A stretch of DNA of 64,000 nt from Candidatus Yanofskybacteria bacterium RIFCSPHIGHO2_01_FULL_44_24. GTDB taxonomy: Bacteria; Patescibacteriota; Minisyncoccia; 2-02-FULL-40-12; GWA2-44-9. Within the stretch, counting starts at the first letter, position 1; each line of letters opens with the position of its first letter. Location: positions 3,170-67,169 of the forward strand of contig MGJK01000011.1 of NCBI GenBank assembly GCA_001794215.1. Direction: 5' to 3'. The notes under the pieces are model-generated. The model was not told where the DNA came from. It searched no databases and saw only the letters and a list, made by a program, of their open reading frames with translations. The translations under genes were made by a program, and so were the position numbers. Positions 1 through 9,713 of this stretch are shown piece by piece.

Positions 1-210
1 TTTCCTCTGGTTACTAAGATGTTTCACTTCACCAGGTATACTTCTCGCTTGCGCGAGATAATCATGGTTCACATGATTGGGTTTCCCCATTCGGTTATCT
101 CCGGATCAATGGTTGCTAGTCGCCTCCCCGAAGCTTATCGCAGACACGCCACGACCTTCATCGCCTTTTAGTGTCAAGGCATCCTCCGTACGCCCTTATG
201 AGTAATATCC
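1..210 (-). rRNA. rrl: 23S rRNA, 5' end (runs off window)
   Basis: Reverse complement reads ..TAAGGGCGTACGGAGGATGCCTTGACACTAAAAGGCGATGAAGG..GATAAGCTTCGGGGAG..CCGAATGGGGAAACCC..GAAACATCTTAGTAACC, the conserved 23S 5' domain; 5' boundary approximate. Confidence 0.95.
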
Positions 211-298
211 ACACAATTTCCTATTTTGACCTCCCGCTGGAGGTCGATTGTGTAGTTTTTCTTTATCTTACTGATGATTATATGCAATTTCTTACTTG

Positions 299-346
299 TC
301 CCGTTAGAAGTAGGTCGTTCTTAAACGACCGGTAGTTCTAATGGGA
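299..346. repeat. TCCCGTTAGAA...TTCTAATGGGA palindromic (REP/MITE-like) element in the 23S leader
   Basis: Terminal inverted repeat shared with copies at 2904-3024 and 5943-6059; internal GGTCGTT/AACGACC hairpin. Confidence 0.75.
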
Positions 347-704
347 TTATTTACCCGCTATCTATTTACTATTGTTAAAATACTTTCCTCGGTAACCAGT
401 GTCTAAATCCTTAAAGATTCAATCATCGGTTACAGAAAATACCCACGCCCCATCTGGGGTCAAGCTACATACTATATACTTTATTAATTTTTGCAAATCC
501 GCCTTCGGCTTTTTACCTGCTACTATCTGAATTATCGCCCAGATGAAGCGGGGTTCTATTGTTAGCAGCCACTCATTACATTCGTGGGCTAACAATGAAA
601 AAACCGCTCTCAAGCGGCATTAGTGAATACGCACAAAAAATGGACGTTATCAGCCGCTTTTAGTAAGTAATTGTAAGAATATATTCATCAGTTTTGTGCT
701 TATA

Positions 705-734
705 AGTATATCAGATGGGCTATCCACAAGTCAA
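705..734 (-). promoter_or_regulatory. Probable sigma70 promoter for the stand-alone 23S rRNA
   Basis: Minus strand TTGACT-N18-TATACT with TGn extension; near-consensus DnaA box (CTATCCACA, 720-728) in the spacer. Confidence 0.6.
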
Positions 735-916
735 CCCCTCACTTGAGGAGGATAGGTTCTGTCAGGCAAGGCTTCGGAACAGGACATAAGTAGTATTTCG
801 ATATATAAATTGCGGTTTGTTTATTTTGAGAACAGTTGCCTTGCTGATCCTCTTCAAGTGCAGGGGTCAATACCGTACCATAGGATAAGCGCTCACCCGG
901 GAAAAGACCTCGAAAA

Positions 917-1105
917 CTACCCCTTCCTTTCAATTTCCCTGTCTCTTTTCTGAAGGTAAAAGACGATACTATATAATACCGCGATCAAGACATGAAGCGC
1001 CAAGTGTTTTAAGAATTTATGCTCTGATAATTTCTTATGAATCGCCGGCAGATTGTGAGATCCGCGAGCTATACGAGATTCGGTTGTTTTAGATTTATCC
1101 TCCAT
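917..1105 (-). CDS. Small hypothetical membrane protein
   Basis: 62-aa ATG ORF with one hydrophobic segment. Confidence 0.4.
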   Translation of the reverse strand: MEDKSKTTESRIARGSHNLPAIHKKLSEHKFLKHLALHVLIAVLYSIVFYLQKRDREIERKG

Positions 1106-1148
1106 ACTTTAATACATGATACCACATTTAGAAAAACTATTTATGCCC

Positions 1149-1177
1149 TTGACAAAAACCTGAGTGTTGGTTATCAT
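1149..1177 (+). promoter_or_regulatory. sigma70 promoter
   Basis: TTGACA-N17-TATCAT upstream of AGGAG and the ORF at 1211. Confidence 0.65.
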
Positions 1178-1210
1178 ATAAAAACTTGGGCCAATCAGAC
1201 AGGAGTCGTG

Positions 1211-1399
1211 ATGGATCAGGTCTTACTGGTACTGGATGTGATCTTTAATATTGTAGGCTACTTTCTTGGAGCGCTCGGTTTGATATTCGGGGTTGTTACA
1301 TCATGCCAGAGCGCATTCGTCAAAGAAGATAAGTTGGCCGATTTAGCGGAGTACACTTTTCTGATTCTTGCTGGATATGTTTTAATCCACTTACTGTAG
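1211..1399 (+). CDS. Small two-TM hypothetical protein
   Basis: AGGAG at 1201 before GTG/ATG; MDQVLLVLDVIF... has two hydrophobic helices. Confidence 0.6.
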   Translation: MDQVLLVLDVIFNIVGYFLGALGLIFGVVTSCQSAFVKEDKLADLAEYTFLILAGYVLIHLL

Positions 1400-1437
1400 T
1401 CGATCTTCGGATCGACTTTTTAATTTACCGCTATGGT

Positions 1438-2211
1438 CTAACCGGTCAATACAGCCGGTTCCTTCTCCGTTATCGCCACAGTATGTTCAAAATGGGCGGC
1501 TAAACCGCCGTCTTTAGTTGTAAAAACAAATCCGTCATCGCCGTCTTTAATTTTCCAACTGCCCGTAACAACCATGGGTTCGATAGCAATGACCATGCCG
1601 GGAACAAGCTTTTCGCCCGCTCCCTCTTTTCCATAATTAGGCACCTGCGGAGATTCGTGAAGCTCCTTGCCTATGCCGTGACCTACAAGATCACGGACAA
1701 CGCCAAATCCCGCTTTCTCAACAAACTTCTGTATTGCCGCCCCTATATCCCCCAACCTGTTACCGACAACAGCCTTAGCTATTCCTATCTCCAAAGATTT
1801 TTTAGTTACGGAAATTAATTTTTTCTCAAGAGAGTACTTTCGGTTAAAAACCCTTGAGAGCTTACCGCCCTTCGTAACTAAAACCGTAACCGCAGAATCG
1901 GTATGAAATCCTTTATAGAGAACCCCGAAGTCCAACTTGCATAGATCGCCTTCTTTAAGCTTTCTTTCGGAAGGTACGCCGTGAACGATTTCATCATTTA
2001 CGGACACGCAAAGAACGGCAGGAAAATCACCGTACCCCAAAAACGACGGCTTAGCTCCGTATTTTAAAATAAGCTCGTTGGCGAGCTTATTTAAACTTCC
2101 GGTAGTAACCCCCGGCACAGTCTTCTTCTTTAATTCTTCGAGGATGGATTTCAGTATCCTACCGCCTTCTCTCATGGCCTCTATCTCTTTTTTCGTTTTA
2201 AGATTAATCAT
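1438..2211 (-). CDS. map: Methionine aminopeptidase type I
   Basis: CVSVNDEIVHGVP, GHGIG..LHE, AIEPM, AAHFEHT motifs. Confidence 0.97.
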   Translation of the reverse strand: MINLKTKKEIEAMREGGRILKSILEELKKKTVPGVTTGSLNKLANELILKYGAKPSFLGYGDFPAVLCVSVNDEIVHGVPSERKLKEGDLCKLDFGVLYKGFHTDSAVTVLVTKGGKLSRVFNRKYSLEKKLISVTKKSLEIGIAKAVVGNRLGDIGAAIQKFVEKAGFGVVRDLVGHGIGKELHESPQVPNYGKEGAGEKLVPGMVIAIEPMVVTGSWKIKDGDDGFVFTTKDGGLAAHFEHTVAITEKEPAVLTG

Positions 2212-2905
2212 TCAAAGTATATTTGGACAATTCCTTCCAAACGTCATCGGCAACGCCCTGAATACTATTCTCTCCCGGAATATTTATCGACTCGATGCCT
2301 CTTTTTTCGACATATTCAATGGCAGGAACTGTTCTTTGCTCAAATTCACCAAGACGAACCTTAATAACGTCCGGGTTATCCAAGGTTCTTCTTATGACCT
2401 TGCCTCCGTCTTCGGGACAAATGGACGGATTGGTCTTGGCAACTTCCGGATCGATAGGATGGCTGTTTTTCTGACAAAAAAGTCTTAGACTGTTTCTCTT
2501 CATCGATTCGCCTCCCGATACATGAAGCTTGAAAAGCACTATAGCATCTTTACCGCCGAAGGATTCAAGCTTAGGAATCTCCTGTTCAGCTTCGGGAAGA
2601 GTTCTCGGAGATCCGCTGAATATTATTCCTTTGACTCCGGAGTCAACAAGCTTTTGAACCGCTTCATTTACGACTCCGGCTACCCAATGCGGAGTTAACA
2701 GGATGCCATTATCCCACATATTCTTTTCTTTGATCATATCTTCGTAATCAGGATCTTCCGGCTTAGTATTCCTGAACTTTTCTTCAAGCGCCTGAGTGCT
2801 TTTGAAAATAGTATATCCGATCTTCGGAGCAAGAATGGCAGCCTGGGTATCTTTCCCGGATCCGATCGGCCCCATAAAAATAATAAATTTCTTTCGTAAA
2901 TTCAT
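2204..2905 (-). CDS. adk: Adenylate kinase family protein
   Basis: GPIGSGKDTQA P-loop, GSPRT motif, position between secY and map. Confidence 0.88.
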   Translation of the reverse strand: MNLRKKFIIFMGPIGSGKDTQAAILAPKIGYTIFKSTQALEEKFRNTKPEDPDYEDMIKEKNMWDNGILLTPHWVAGVVNEAVQKLVDSGVKGIIFSGSPRTLPEAEQEIPKLESFGGKDAIVLFKLHVSGGESMKRNSLRLFCQKNSHPIDPEVAKTNPSICPEDGGKVIRRTLDNPDVIKVRLGEFEQRTVPAIEYVEKRGIESINIPGENSIQGVADDVWKELSKYTLND

Positions 2906-3024
2906 CCAGTTAGAAGTAGCCCCGCCGAGGTCCTTTCGCGGAGTGGTCTCCTGGCCGTGCTTTAGCCGGCCGAGGAACTCCGTCGGACTCGCGACTTCGT
3001 CGCGAGCGAGACTTCTAACGGGAT
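2904..3024. repeat. ATCC(A/C)GTTAGAAGT...ACTTCTAACGGGAT palindromic element abutting the adk start codon
   Basis: 14-bp terminal IR with GC-rich internal hairpins. Confidence 0.8.
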
Positions 3025-3091
3025 CAATAAATTCATATTATCAGATCATCCATAAAAAGCCAGATACTAACCGAAAATAAAAGCCCCCAAA

Positions 3092-3307
3092 TTATAGGAG
3101 CTTTACGATAGCAGGAGAGGAGGGAAGGAAGTGCTTACCTTCTTGTTTATACAGCTCAAGAGACCATGCCTGAATTTGACCAGTAATAAAGCGTTCTAAT
3201 TCTTCAGGATTTTCAGCCCGAAAAGATGCGGACATCATCTGGCTGTGAGCTTGCAGGTTGTCCAGCGGTCCAGAGATTGAAGTAAAAATTACATAGATAA
3301 AGAACAT
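3092..3307 (-). CDS. Hypothetical protein between secY and adk
   Basis: ORF from ATG at 3307 preceded by a G-rich SD-like stretch. Confidence 0.45.
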   Translation of the reverse strand: MFFIYVIFTSISGPLDNLQAHSQMMSASFRAENPEELERFITGQIQAWSLELYKQEGKHFLPSSPAIVKLL

Positions 3308-3454
3308 GATCCCGCCCCTCGCCTCGATAACCCACGCTCGGATATTACTACAAACTATATTTGGGGTAAAGTACATAGGATTTTTGATCATCTCTTTTTG
3401 CCTAAAATAAAATGCCCTACGAAATGGGCACTTTAAATATACGGCCAAAAAGCA

Positions 3455-4717
3455 CTAGTACTCGTACATAGAGAGCTGGGCATCCACCTGCTTCATGGTT
3501 TCCAAAGCCACTGAAACAACGATTAATATCGAGGTGCCTCCAACCTGAAGAGCCGTAATACCGGTGAAGCCCTGAACAATATTCGGTAATACCGCTATCA
3601 CTCCCAAAAATATAGCTCCGACCAAGGTAACTCGATTCAATAAGTGATTAAGAAATTGAGCCGTCATCGGTCCGGGCCTGATACCGGGGATATATCCGCC
3701 TTGTTTCTGAATGTTTTCTGAAATAGATTTAGGATCAAAGGTAATCGCGGTGTAGAAATACGTAAATAGGACGACTAAGAGGAAGTAAAACATGGAATAC
3801 CAGACTTGGGATTGCAAAAAACCGTTAACTATCTGAGAAATTCTTGAAATTACGGCGATATTTGTTCCGGCCAAAAAATTAGCAATCATGCCCGGAAAAA
3901 GCAGAATGGATAAGGCGAATATGATCGGGATAACGCCGGCATTATTGACCCTCATCGGTAAATAAGTAGATACCCCGCCATAAACCTTGAATCCCCTGAC
4001 TCTTCGAGCATAGTTAACCGGAATGTTCCTTTGGGCCTCGGATATATAAACTACACCGACAACAACTATAAGGGCGACTATGATAAAGCCGGCGTAAGAG
4101 AACAGATCTTGGCCCGATGTGTAAGAAAAGAGAGCCTGTTGAACGCTTCCCGGGAAACCAGCCACTATGCCGGCTAAAATCAAAAGGGATGTTCCATTTC
4201 CAAGATTTTTTTCGGTGATCAATTCACCAAGCCACATAAAGAATATGCTACCAGCAGTAATCACGAGCAGTGTTGAAGCCCATTCTACCATGCTTAAGCT
4301 GTCGATAACTCCTTGCCGGGATAAAAGAACCAGAAAACCATATCCCTGAAGAATAGCCAAAGGAACGGTCAACACCCTTGAATACTGATTAAATCTCGCC
4401 CGACCGGCTTCTCCTTCGTATTTATACATCTGCTCCATGGCCGGGAATATCATCGTTAAGAGCTGCATGATAATTGAGCTGGTGATATAGGGACCCAAAC
4501 CGAGCATGCCTATCGAAAGGGCGGAAAATGACCCTCCTGTGAAGGCGCTGATCAGGCCGAAAAATTGATTCTGGCTCAAAAAATCCTGAAGCCTCGAAGC
4601 ATCTATCGCCGGAATAGGAATATTCGAGATAATCCTGAAAACAACCAAAAGTCCGAAGATAAATAAAACCTTATTTCTTAATTCCGGTCTTTTAAAAATT
4701 TGAAGAATACGCTGCAT
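3455..4717 (-). CDS. secY: Preprotein translocase SecY
   Basis: LGLGPYITSSIIMQLL, GNGTSLLI, GVIPIIFA, IPGIRPG, GGTSILIVV. Confidence 0.98.
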   Translation of the reverse strand: MQRILQIFKRPELRNKVLFIFGLLVVFRIISNIPIPAIDASRLQDFLSQNQFFGLISAFTGGSFSALSIGMLGLGPYITSSIIMQLLTMIFPAMEQMYKYEGEAGRARFNQYSRVLTVPLAILQGYGFLVLLSRQGVIDSLSMVEWASTLLVITAGSIFFMWLGELITEKNLGNGTSLLILAGIVAGFPGSVQQALFSYTSGQDLFSYAGFIIVALIVVVGVVYISEAQRNIPVNYARRVRGFKVYGGVSTYLPMRVNNAGVIPIIFALSILLFPGMIANFLAGTNIAVISRISQIVNGFLQSQVWYSMFYFLLVVLFTYFYTAITFDPKSISENIQKQGGYIPGIRPGPMTAQFLNHLLNRVTLVGAIFLGVIAVLPNIVQGFTGITALQVGGTSILIVVSVALETMKQVDAQLSMYEY

Positions 4718-4820
4718 TCGAGTTTATAAAGTTTGTAAAGTTATAATGTTTATAAAGTTTTAGTGAATCTGAGCCTTACTTATTAACTTTATTAACTTTA
4801 AGAACTTGATGAACTTTTAA
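4718..4820. repeat. Intergenic hairpin with 9-nt periodic arms (family B: TTTATAAAG / AACTTTATT)
   Basis: Related copies at 9179-9257, 12483-12584, 21970-22047, 37886-37960. Confidence 0.8.
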
Positions 4821-5291
4821 CTATTTGATTGTCCCTCCGGCTTTCAGAACTTTGTTTTTGGCTGATTTGGAGAACTGAAAACCTTCGAACTGCATTTTTT
4901 TCTTAAGCTCTCCCCCGCCAAGTATCTTTACCCCGTTTGCAATCTTATCGATCAATCCTTTTTCTTTAAGCAGACCGGGCGTAACGACATCTACGTCAAA
5001 TTGATTGAAAAATCCTAAATTTAAAACTCCGGGCTTTGTATGCCTGAGCTGAAAATACCGGTGCTTTGGATGGGGATTGGAACCTCCGGGCTTTTTTGAG
5101 GCTCCTCTTTGCTTGGGAAACAGCTGCCAAAGCCTGCTATCGCCGCCCCTGAAACCTGGCTTGACTCCTGCGCCGGCCCGGGATTTTTGACCTTTCATAC
5201 CTTTGCCGGAGTATGTCCCGCGTTTACCGCCACGGCCGACTCTTTTTCGGTTTTTTCGAAGCGTTTTAGATTTTAATTGTGATAAATCCAT
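4821..5291 (-). CDS. rplO: 50S ribosomal protein L15
   Basis: RVGRGGKRGTYSGKGMKGQKSR, VKILGGGEL. Confidence 0.97.
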   Translation of the reverse strand: MDLSQLKSKTLRKNRKRVGRGGKRGTYSGKGMKGQKSRAGAGVKPGFRGGDSRLWQLFPKQRGASKKPGGSNPHPKHRYFQLRHTKPGVLNLGFFNQFDVDVVTPGLLKEKGLIDKIANGVKILGGGELKKKMQFEGFQFSKSAKNKVLKAGGTIK

Positions 5292-5301
5292 AGTCGTTTA
5301 A

Positions 5302-5410
5302 CTAAAGTTAAAATTTAAAAATCAAAATGCAAAATTCCTGTAACTCATTAAAATCTTTGATTTTAATGAGCATCCTAAACTTTTAACTTTTCGCTTTTAA
5401 TTTTTAATTT
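5302..5410. repeat. Heptamer-arm hairpin (family A), reverse orientation, overlapping the rpsE 3' end
   Basis: AAAATTT/AAAAATC/AAAATGC arm, CTCATTAAAATC-GATTTTAATGAG core, TTTTAAC/TTTTCGC arm. Confidence 0.75.
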
Positions 5411-5944
5411 CTTTAAGGCTTCTATCGTAGCCATGGCAATATTGATCTTATTATTTGTTCTTTCGATGAGCTTTCCGGTCAATGCAGTTATGCCTAAAAG
5501 CTTAGCGACAACTCGAACGGGTCCGCCGGCTTTTACTCCACCGATCGTCGGCTTTAATAAAACTACGGCACTATTGTATTTGGCTTCAACTTGATAAGGA
5601 ATGGTACCCTTAACAATCGGGATTGTTATAAGATTTTTCTTAGCCCTGTTGAAAGCTTTTTGGACTGACTGAGCGACGTCTCTTCCTTTATTAATACCTA
5701 TGCCAACCCTTCCTTTGCCGTCTCCGATGACAATAGTCGCTCGAAAACTAAATCTCTTGCCGCCCTTAGTAACCCTTGTTACCCTGGCAATATCAATGAC
5801 TTTCTGTTCAAACTCCGATTTAGCATCGCCGGAATGCCCTCCTCTGCGAGGTCCGCGTCCACCCCTGCCTCCTCTTCCGCCCATTCTGTTCCTATTGTCA
5901 CCCCTGGGGACATTGCCTATATTATTTTGTTTAATTGGTTCCAT
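5375..5944 (-). CDS. rpsE: 30S ribosomal protein S5
   Basis: RVTRVTKGGKRFSF, AGGPVR; start placed at ATG 5944 (MEPIK). Confidence 0.96.
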   Translation of the reverse strand: MEPIKQNNIGNVPRGDNRNRMGGRGGRGGRGPRRGGHSGDAKSEFEQKVIDIARVTRVTKGGKRFSFRATIVIGDGKGRVGIGINKGRDVAQSVQKAFNRAKKNLITIPIVKGTIPYQVEAKYNSAVVLLKPTIGGVKAGGPVRVVAKLLGITALTGKLIERTNNKINIAMATIEALKKLKIKSEKLKV

Positions 5945-6059
5945 CCCGTTAGAAGTAGTGCAAAGCACCCACTACCACCGTGCGGTGCGATACATTTCTT
6001 ATTATTGTTTTACCGATATTCATGTTATTCAACCACGTTAGGGGTACTTCTAACGGGAT
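5943..6059. repeat. ATCCCGTTAGAAGTA...TACTTCTAACGGGAT element filling the rplR-rpsE gap
   Basis: Perfect 15-bp terminal IR. Confidence 0.85.
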
Positions 6060-6062
6060 TAA

Positions 6063-6422
6063 TTAAATTTTAAGCCCTCCCGCTCTCAATCCTTCAACTA
6101 AAGCCTTTATCCGACCATGATATTTAGATCCTCCCCGGTCAAGCACGGCTTCTTTGATTCCCATTTCTTTGGCTTTTTCAGATAACGCCTTAGCAATCGA
6201 GGAGGCCTTCTCGGTCTTAGTACCCTTTGCTTTATTGCTTTTTGAAACTGAACCCTTGATACTCAAGATTGTCTTACCGGTCTGATCATCAATAAATTGA
6301 ACTAAAAGATTTCTGTTACTCTTAAAAACAGATATCCGGGGACGCGCCTTGGTGCCGGCTACCTTGGCTCTTACTCTCTTATGGCGCCTCATTCTATTTA
6401 ATTTTTTATTTTCCGGTTTCAA
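6063..6422 (-). CDS. rplR: 50S ribosomal protein L18
   Basis: RRHKRVRAKV.GT..RPR, DRGG.KYHGRIKAL; TTG start. Confidence 0.96.
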   Translation of the reverse strand: MKPENKKLNRMRRHKRVRAKVAGTKARPRISVFKSNRNLLVQFIDDQTGKTILSIKGSVSKSNKAKGTKTEKASSIAKALSEKAKEMGIKEAVLDRGGSKYHGRIKALVEGLRAGGLKI

Positions 6423-6458
6423 TTTATTTTTAATTGATGTCCCTAATCGAACTCTTTA

Positions 6459-7004
6459 TTATCCGGCAGCTACCGCTTTCTTGCCGGCCTTTTTCTTTAT
6501 AACCTCCCCCTGATATCTGATTCCGCTGCCCTTGTAAGGTTCCGGCTCTCTCTTGGACCTTATCCCGGCGGCCACGTGGCCTATAAGCTCATTATCGATG
6601 CCGGATATCTTTATAACGCTCTTTTCAACTTTAAAAGTAACCCCCTCCGGCGCTTTAACCATGATTGGATGTGAATACCCAAGGTTTAGTTCCAGATCAT
6701 TGCCCTTTACATTAGCCTTGTAACCGATGCCTTCGAATTCAAGAACTTTTTCAAAACCGTCGGTAACTCCCTTGATCATGTTCTGAATAAGGGCTCTAAA
6801 CAATCCCCAGGAAGCATTGTCAATTACGGCCTGACCGCTCACCGGTTTAATCATAACTGATCCGTTAGAAACGCTTGCAGATACCGAACCGGAAATCTTC
6901 TTCTTTAATTCACCCTTGGGGCCCTTAACCGAAATCAGACCATCGTTAATCTGGACATCTACTCCTTTTGGTACTGGTATTGGTTTTTTGCCGATTTTCG
7001 ACAT
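6459..7004 (-). CDS. rplF: 50S ribosomal protein L6
   Basis: MSKIGKKPI, LGYSHP, PEPYKGSGIRY. Confidence 0.98.
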   Translation of the reverse strand: MSKIGKKPIPVPKGVDVQINDGLISVKGPKGELKKKISGSVSASVSNGSVMIKPVSGQAVIDNASWGLFRALIQNMIKGVTDGFEKVLEFEGIGYKANVKGNDLELNLGYSHPIMVKAPEGVTFKVEKSVIKISGIDNELIGHVAAGIRSKREPEPYKGSGIRYQGEVIKKKAGKKAVAAG

Positions 7005-7126
7005 AAGCTTCGCTAAATTAAAAACGTAAAACTAAAAATTTAAAACTCTGGAAATCCAAAATTTTCCTTGGAGAAATTTTGGATAACATTAATTTTGCAC
7101 TTTTCGCTTTGCATTTTGAATTTTTA
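7005..7126. repeat. Heptamer-arm intergenic hairpin (family A)
   Basis: GCTTCGCTAAATTAAAA... arm, TCCAAAATTT/AAATTTTGGA core, TTTTGCA/TTTTCGC arm. Confidence 0.85.
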
Positions 7127-7528
7127 TTACCACACCTCAAACAGCATTTCTCCTCCTATTTTATTCTTCATGGCTTCCTTGGAACTCATCATACCTTTAG
7201 GAGTCGAGATAACCGCTATTCCATATCCTGATCTTACCGGTTTTATCTCACTTGATTTAACATATAAATGGCGGGATGGACGGCTTATCACCTTGAATCC
7301 GCTTATAGCACCTTGGCCATCTTCGTATTTTAAAGTGATTTCTATATATTCATGTTCGGCCTTAACGGCTTTTTCCTTTTTTCTTTCTACTCCGCTTATG
7401 AATCCGTTTTCCTGCAAAATCGAGGCAATCTTGAACTTAGGTCCGGAAAAAGGAACCGAAACCTGCTCATGCTTAACCGCTTGAGCGTTCTTAATTCTTA
7501 CTAACATGTCTCCTATTGGATATGACAT
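7127..7528 (-). CDS. rpsH: 30S ribosomal protein S8
   Basis: DMLVRIKNA, SRPS, GIAVISTPKG, GGE. Confidence 0.97.
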   Translation of the reverse strand: MSYPIGDMLVRIKNAQAVKHEQVSVPFSGPKFKIASILQENGFISGVERKKEKAVKAEHEYIEITLKYEDGQGAISGFKVISRPSRHLYVKSSEIKPVRSGYGIAVISTPKGMMSSKEAMKNKIGGEMLFEVW

Positions 7529-7645
7529 AGCTTTACTAAATTAAAAGTTAAAAATGAAAAGTTTAAAATTCTGGTTATTAACTTCTCCGAACCATTCGGA
7601 AAAGTTAATCTCATTAATTTTGATTTTTGATTTTTGCATTTTGAT
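7529..7645. repeat. Heptamer-arm intergenic hairpin (family A)
   Basis: AAAAGTT/AAAAATG arm and TTTTGAT repeats around a different central hairpin. Confidence 0.85.
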
Positions 7646-7831
7646 TTACCAAGATGACTTCTTAACTCCGGGTAAAAGGCCTTGGCTGGCTAATTCTCTA
7701 AAATGTATCCGGCACAAACCGAATTTCCTCATGTATCCGCCTTTTCTCCCGCATAGAAAACATCTCCGAACTATCCGTGTTGAAAATTTAGGTTTCTTAT
7801 CTGATCTTGCAATTGTTGATTTCTTTGCCAT
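7646..7831 (-). CDS. rpsN: 30S ribosomal protein S14, Zn-binding short type
   Basis: [35 protein letters not shown]. Confidence 0.97.
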   Translation of the reverse strand: MAKKSTIARSDKKPKFSTRIVRRCFLCGRKGGYMRKFGLCRIHFRELASQGLLPGVKKSSW

Positions 7832-7913
7832 GTTTGTCTATGAAGCGTAGCTGAATAGCTACAAACATGAGCACCTCGCCGAAGTTCCAAGGGAACGAAG
7901 GCGGGTAGCCCAT

Positions 7914-8459
7914 TTATTTATCTTTTTTTATCGGAAATCCCATTAATTTTAACAATTCAATGCCCCTCTCCCTATTCTTTGCCGTAGTAACAACCGTTAC
8001 CTCTAATCCAAATATATCTTTCAAGCTTTCGTAGGTGATCTCCGGGAATATGCTGTGTTCTTTGATGCCTAAGTTTAAATTGCCCGAGCTGTCAAAATTT
8101 TTCGAATCAATCCCTCTGAAATCTTTGGATCGAGGAAGAGCGACATGGATCAATCGATCTATGAAATCATACATCCTCTTACCGCGCAAGGTAACCACCA
8201 GTCCTATCCTCATCCCCTGCCTAGTCTTAAAACCTGATATAGACTGCTTAGCTGTCCTGAAAACCGCTTTCTGGCCGGAAAGAAGAGCTAAATCTTTCTG
8301 AGCTTTCTCTAAAAACTTTTCATCCTTCGCAACCTTGCCTATACCTACATTTATGACCACCTTTTCAACCCGCGGGACGGCCATCACGTTTTCTATATCA
8401 AAAGCCTTCTGCATTGCAGGTACTATTTTCTTTCTGTATTGTTCTAATAAACTTGACAT
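7914..8459 (-). CDS. rplE: 50S ribosomal protein L5
   Basis: KVVINVGIG, VTLRG.RMY.F, LPR..DFRG, IFPEI. Confidence 0.98.
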   Translation of the reverse strand: MSSLLEQYRKKIVPAMQKAFDIENVMAVPRVEKVVINVGIGKVAKDEKFLEKAQKDLALLSGQKAVFRTAKQSISGFKTRQGMRIGLVVTLRGKRMYDFIDRLIHVALPRSKDFRGIDSKNFDSSGNLNLGIKEHSIFPEITYESLKDIFGLEVTVVTTAKNRERGIELLKLMGFPIKKDK

Positions 8460-8580
8460 ATATTAACGGATTGTTATGCTATCACTAAATTTGCTTTTTG
8501 AAAAGGGATTATCCATATGGAACAGTTTCTTACTCGCGGAAGATTCTTTATCGTTAGCTGGCTTGGACTTACATTTTTGG

Positions 8581-8790
8581 TCACTTATTTACTCCCTCAA
8601 GCATCACTTGCCGTACTTCTGCTCGTTTCCGGAATACCAGCTTGGTTACTGTCTGGCTGGCTATCCAAGCCCCGTACCGCCAAATAAGGCGGTTTTTTAT
8701 TGGGGCTCCATCCCCCACCAATTTCGTCCGCCAATCGTATCGCAAGTCGCTCCGTCCCGCCCTATCTGGATCCAAATTAACTTTTGGCAC
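8581..8790 (-). CDS. Hypothetical protein between rplX and rplE
   Basis: 69-aa GTG ORF in a 410-bp insertion; no recognisable motif. Confidence 0.3.
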   Translation of the reverse strand: MPKVNLDPDRAGRSDLRYDWRTKLVGDGAPIKNRLIWRYGAWIASQTVTKLVFRKRAEVRQVMLEGVNK

Positions 8791-8872
8791 ACTATCATCT
8801 TACAAATCGCCTTCGGCTTTTCTTCCTGTTAATACCCTTCTTTGTGCCCAGATAGAGCGGGGTTCCGCTTCG

Positions 8873-9178
8873 TCAAACCTCCGCTTCACATTTCTTGCAA
8901 ATTCTGGTCTTGTTTACACCTTCCACTTTGTAACCGACTCTCGTCGGCTTACCGCATGACTTACATATCAAAGCAACGCTAGATACGCTGATGGCCCTTT
9001 CTTTATTCACAATCTGTCCTTTCTGGCCTTGCTTGCGCGGTCGAAGATGTCTCTTTACCAAGTTTAATCCTTCGACAACCAAGGTGCCGCTCTCAGGAGA
9101 AACTAAAACAACCTTCCCCTTTTTCCCGCGGTCTTTACCGCCCAGCATTATTACATTGTCACCGCGTTTTAATTTCAT
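8873..9178 (-). CDS. rplX: 50S ribosomal protein L24
   Basis: KRGDNV..LGGKDRGKKGKV KOW motif; Zn-ribbon cysteines. Confidence 0.97.
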   Translation of the reverse strand: MKLKRGDNVIMLGGKDRGKKGKVVLVSPESGTLVVEGLNLVKRHLRPRKQGQKGQIVNKERAISVSSVALICKSCGKPTRVGYKVEGVNKTRICKKCEAEV

Positions 9179-9257
9179 TAAAACAGTTAAAAGTTCGTCA
9201 AGTTCTTAAAGTTTTTAAAGTACTTTATGAACTTTACAAACCTTATAAACTTTAAAC

Positions 9258-9623
9258 TCATACTACTTCTTCCGCTAATGATGCTATCGTAGCAAATCCC
9301 CTCTCTTTTATCTCTCTGGGTATGGGTCCGAATATTCTACCGCCCTTGGGCTCTTTGCCGTCTAATATGACCACCGCATTATCATCAAAACGGATATAAG
9401 TTCCGTCTTTTCTCCTGAAAGCCTTTCTCTGTCTTACTACAACCGCTCTTAGGACATCCTTCTTCTTAACCGCCTTTCTCGGCTCAGCCACTTTAACTGA
9501 AACGACTACAATGTCGCCAAGTTCGGCATACCTTCTCTTTGATCCTCCAAGCACCTTAAAGACCCCCACTTTCTTGGCTCCTGTATTATCTGCGACATTT
9601 ACTATTGAACGTAATTGCAGCAA
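9258..9623 (-). CDS. rplN: 50S ribosomal protein L14
   Basis: [22 protein letters not shown]; TTG start. Confidence 0.98.
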   Translation of the reverse strand: MLQLRSIVNVADNTGAKKVGVFKVLGGSKRRYAELGDIVVVSVKVAEPRKAVKKKDVLRAVVVRQRKAFRRKDGTYIRFDDNAVVILDGKEPKGGRIFGPIPREIKERGFATIASLAEEVV

Positions 9624-9713
9624 TTCAACTTACAACTGACAACTTACAACTTACAACAATTCTAATTCTATATTCTTTGTCGTTAGTAGTTGGTCGTTAG
9701 TCGTTGGTTAATA
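9624..9713. repeat. Heptamer-arm intergenic hairpin (family D: ACAACTT / GTTAGTA)
   Basis: CAACTTACAACTGACAACTTACAACTTACAAC ... GTCGTTAGTAGTTGGTCGTTAGTCGTTGG; related copy at 18277-18362. Confidence 0.8.

Noticed and set aside
211-700. tRNA or 16S remnant in the 23S leader; ORF 419-613
   Set aside because: No cloverleaf, T-loop motif or 16S signature found; the ORF lies in the presumed rRNA leader and has no motif.
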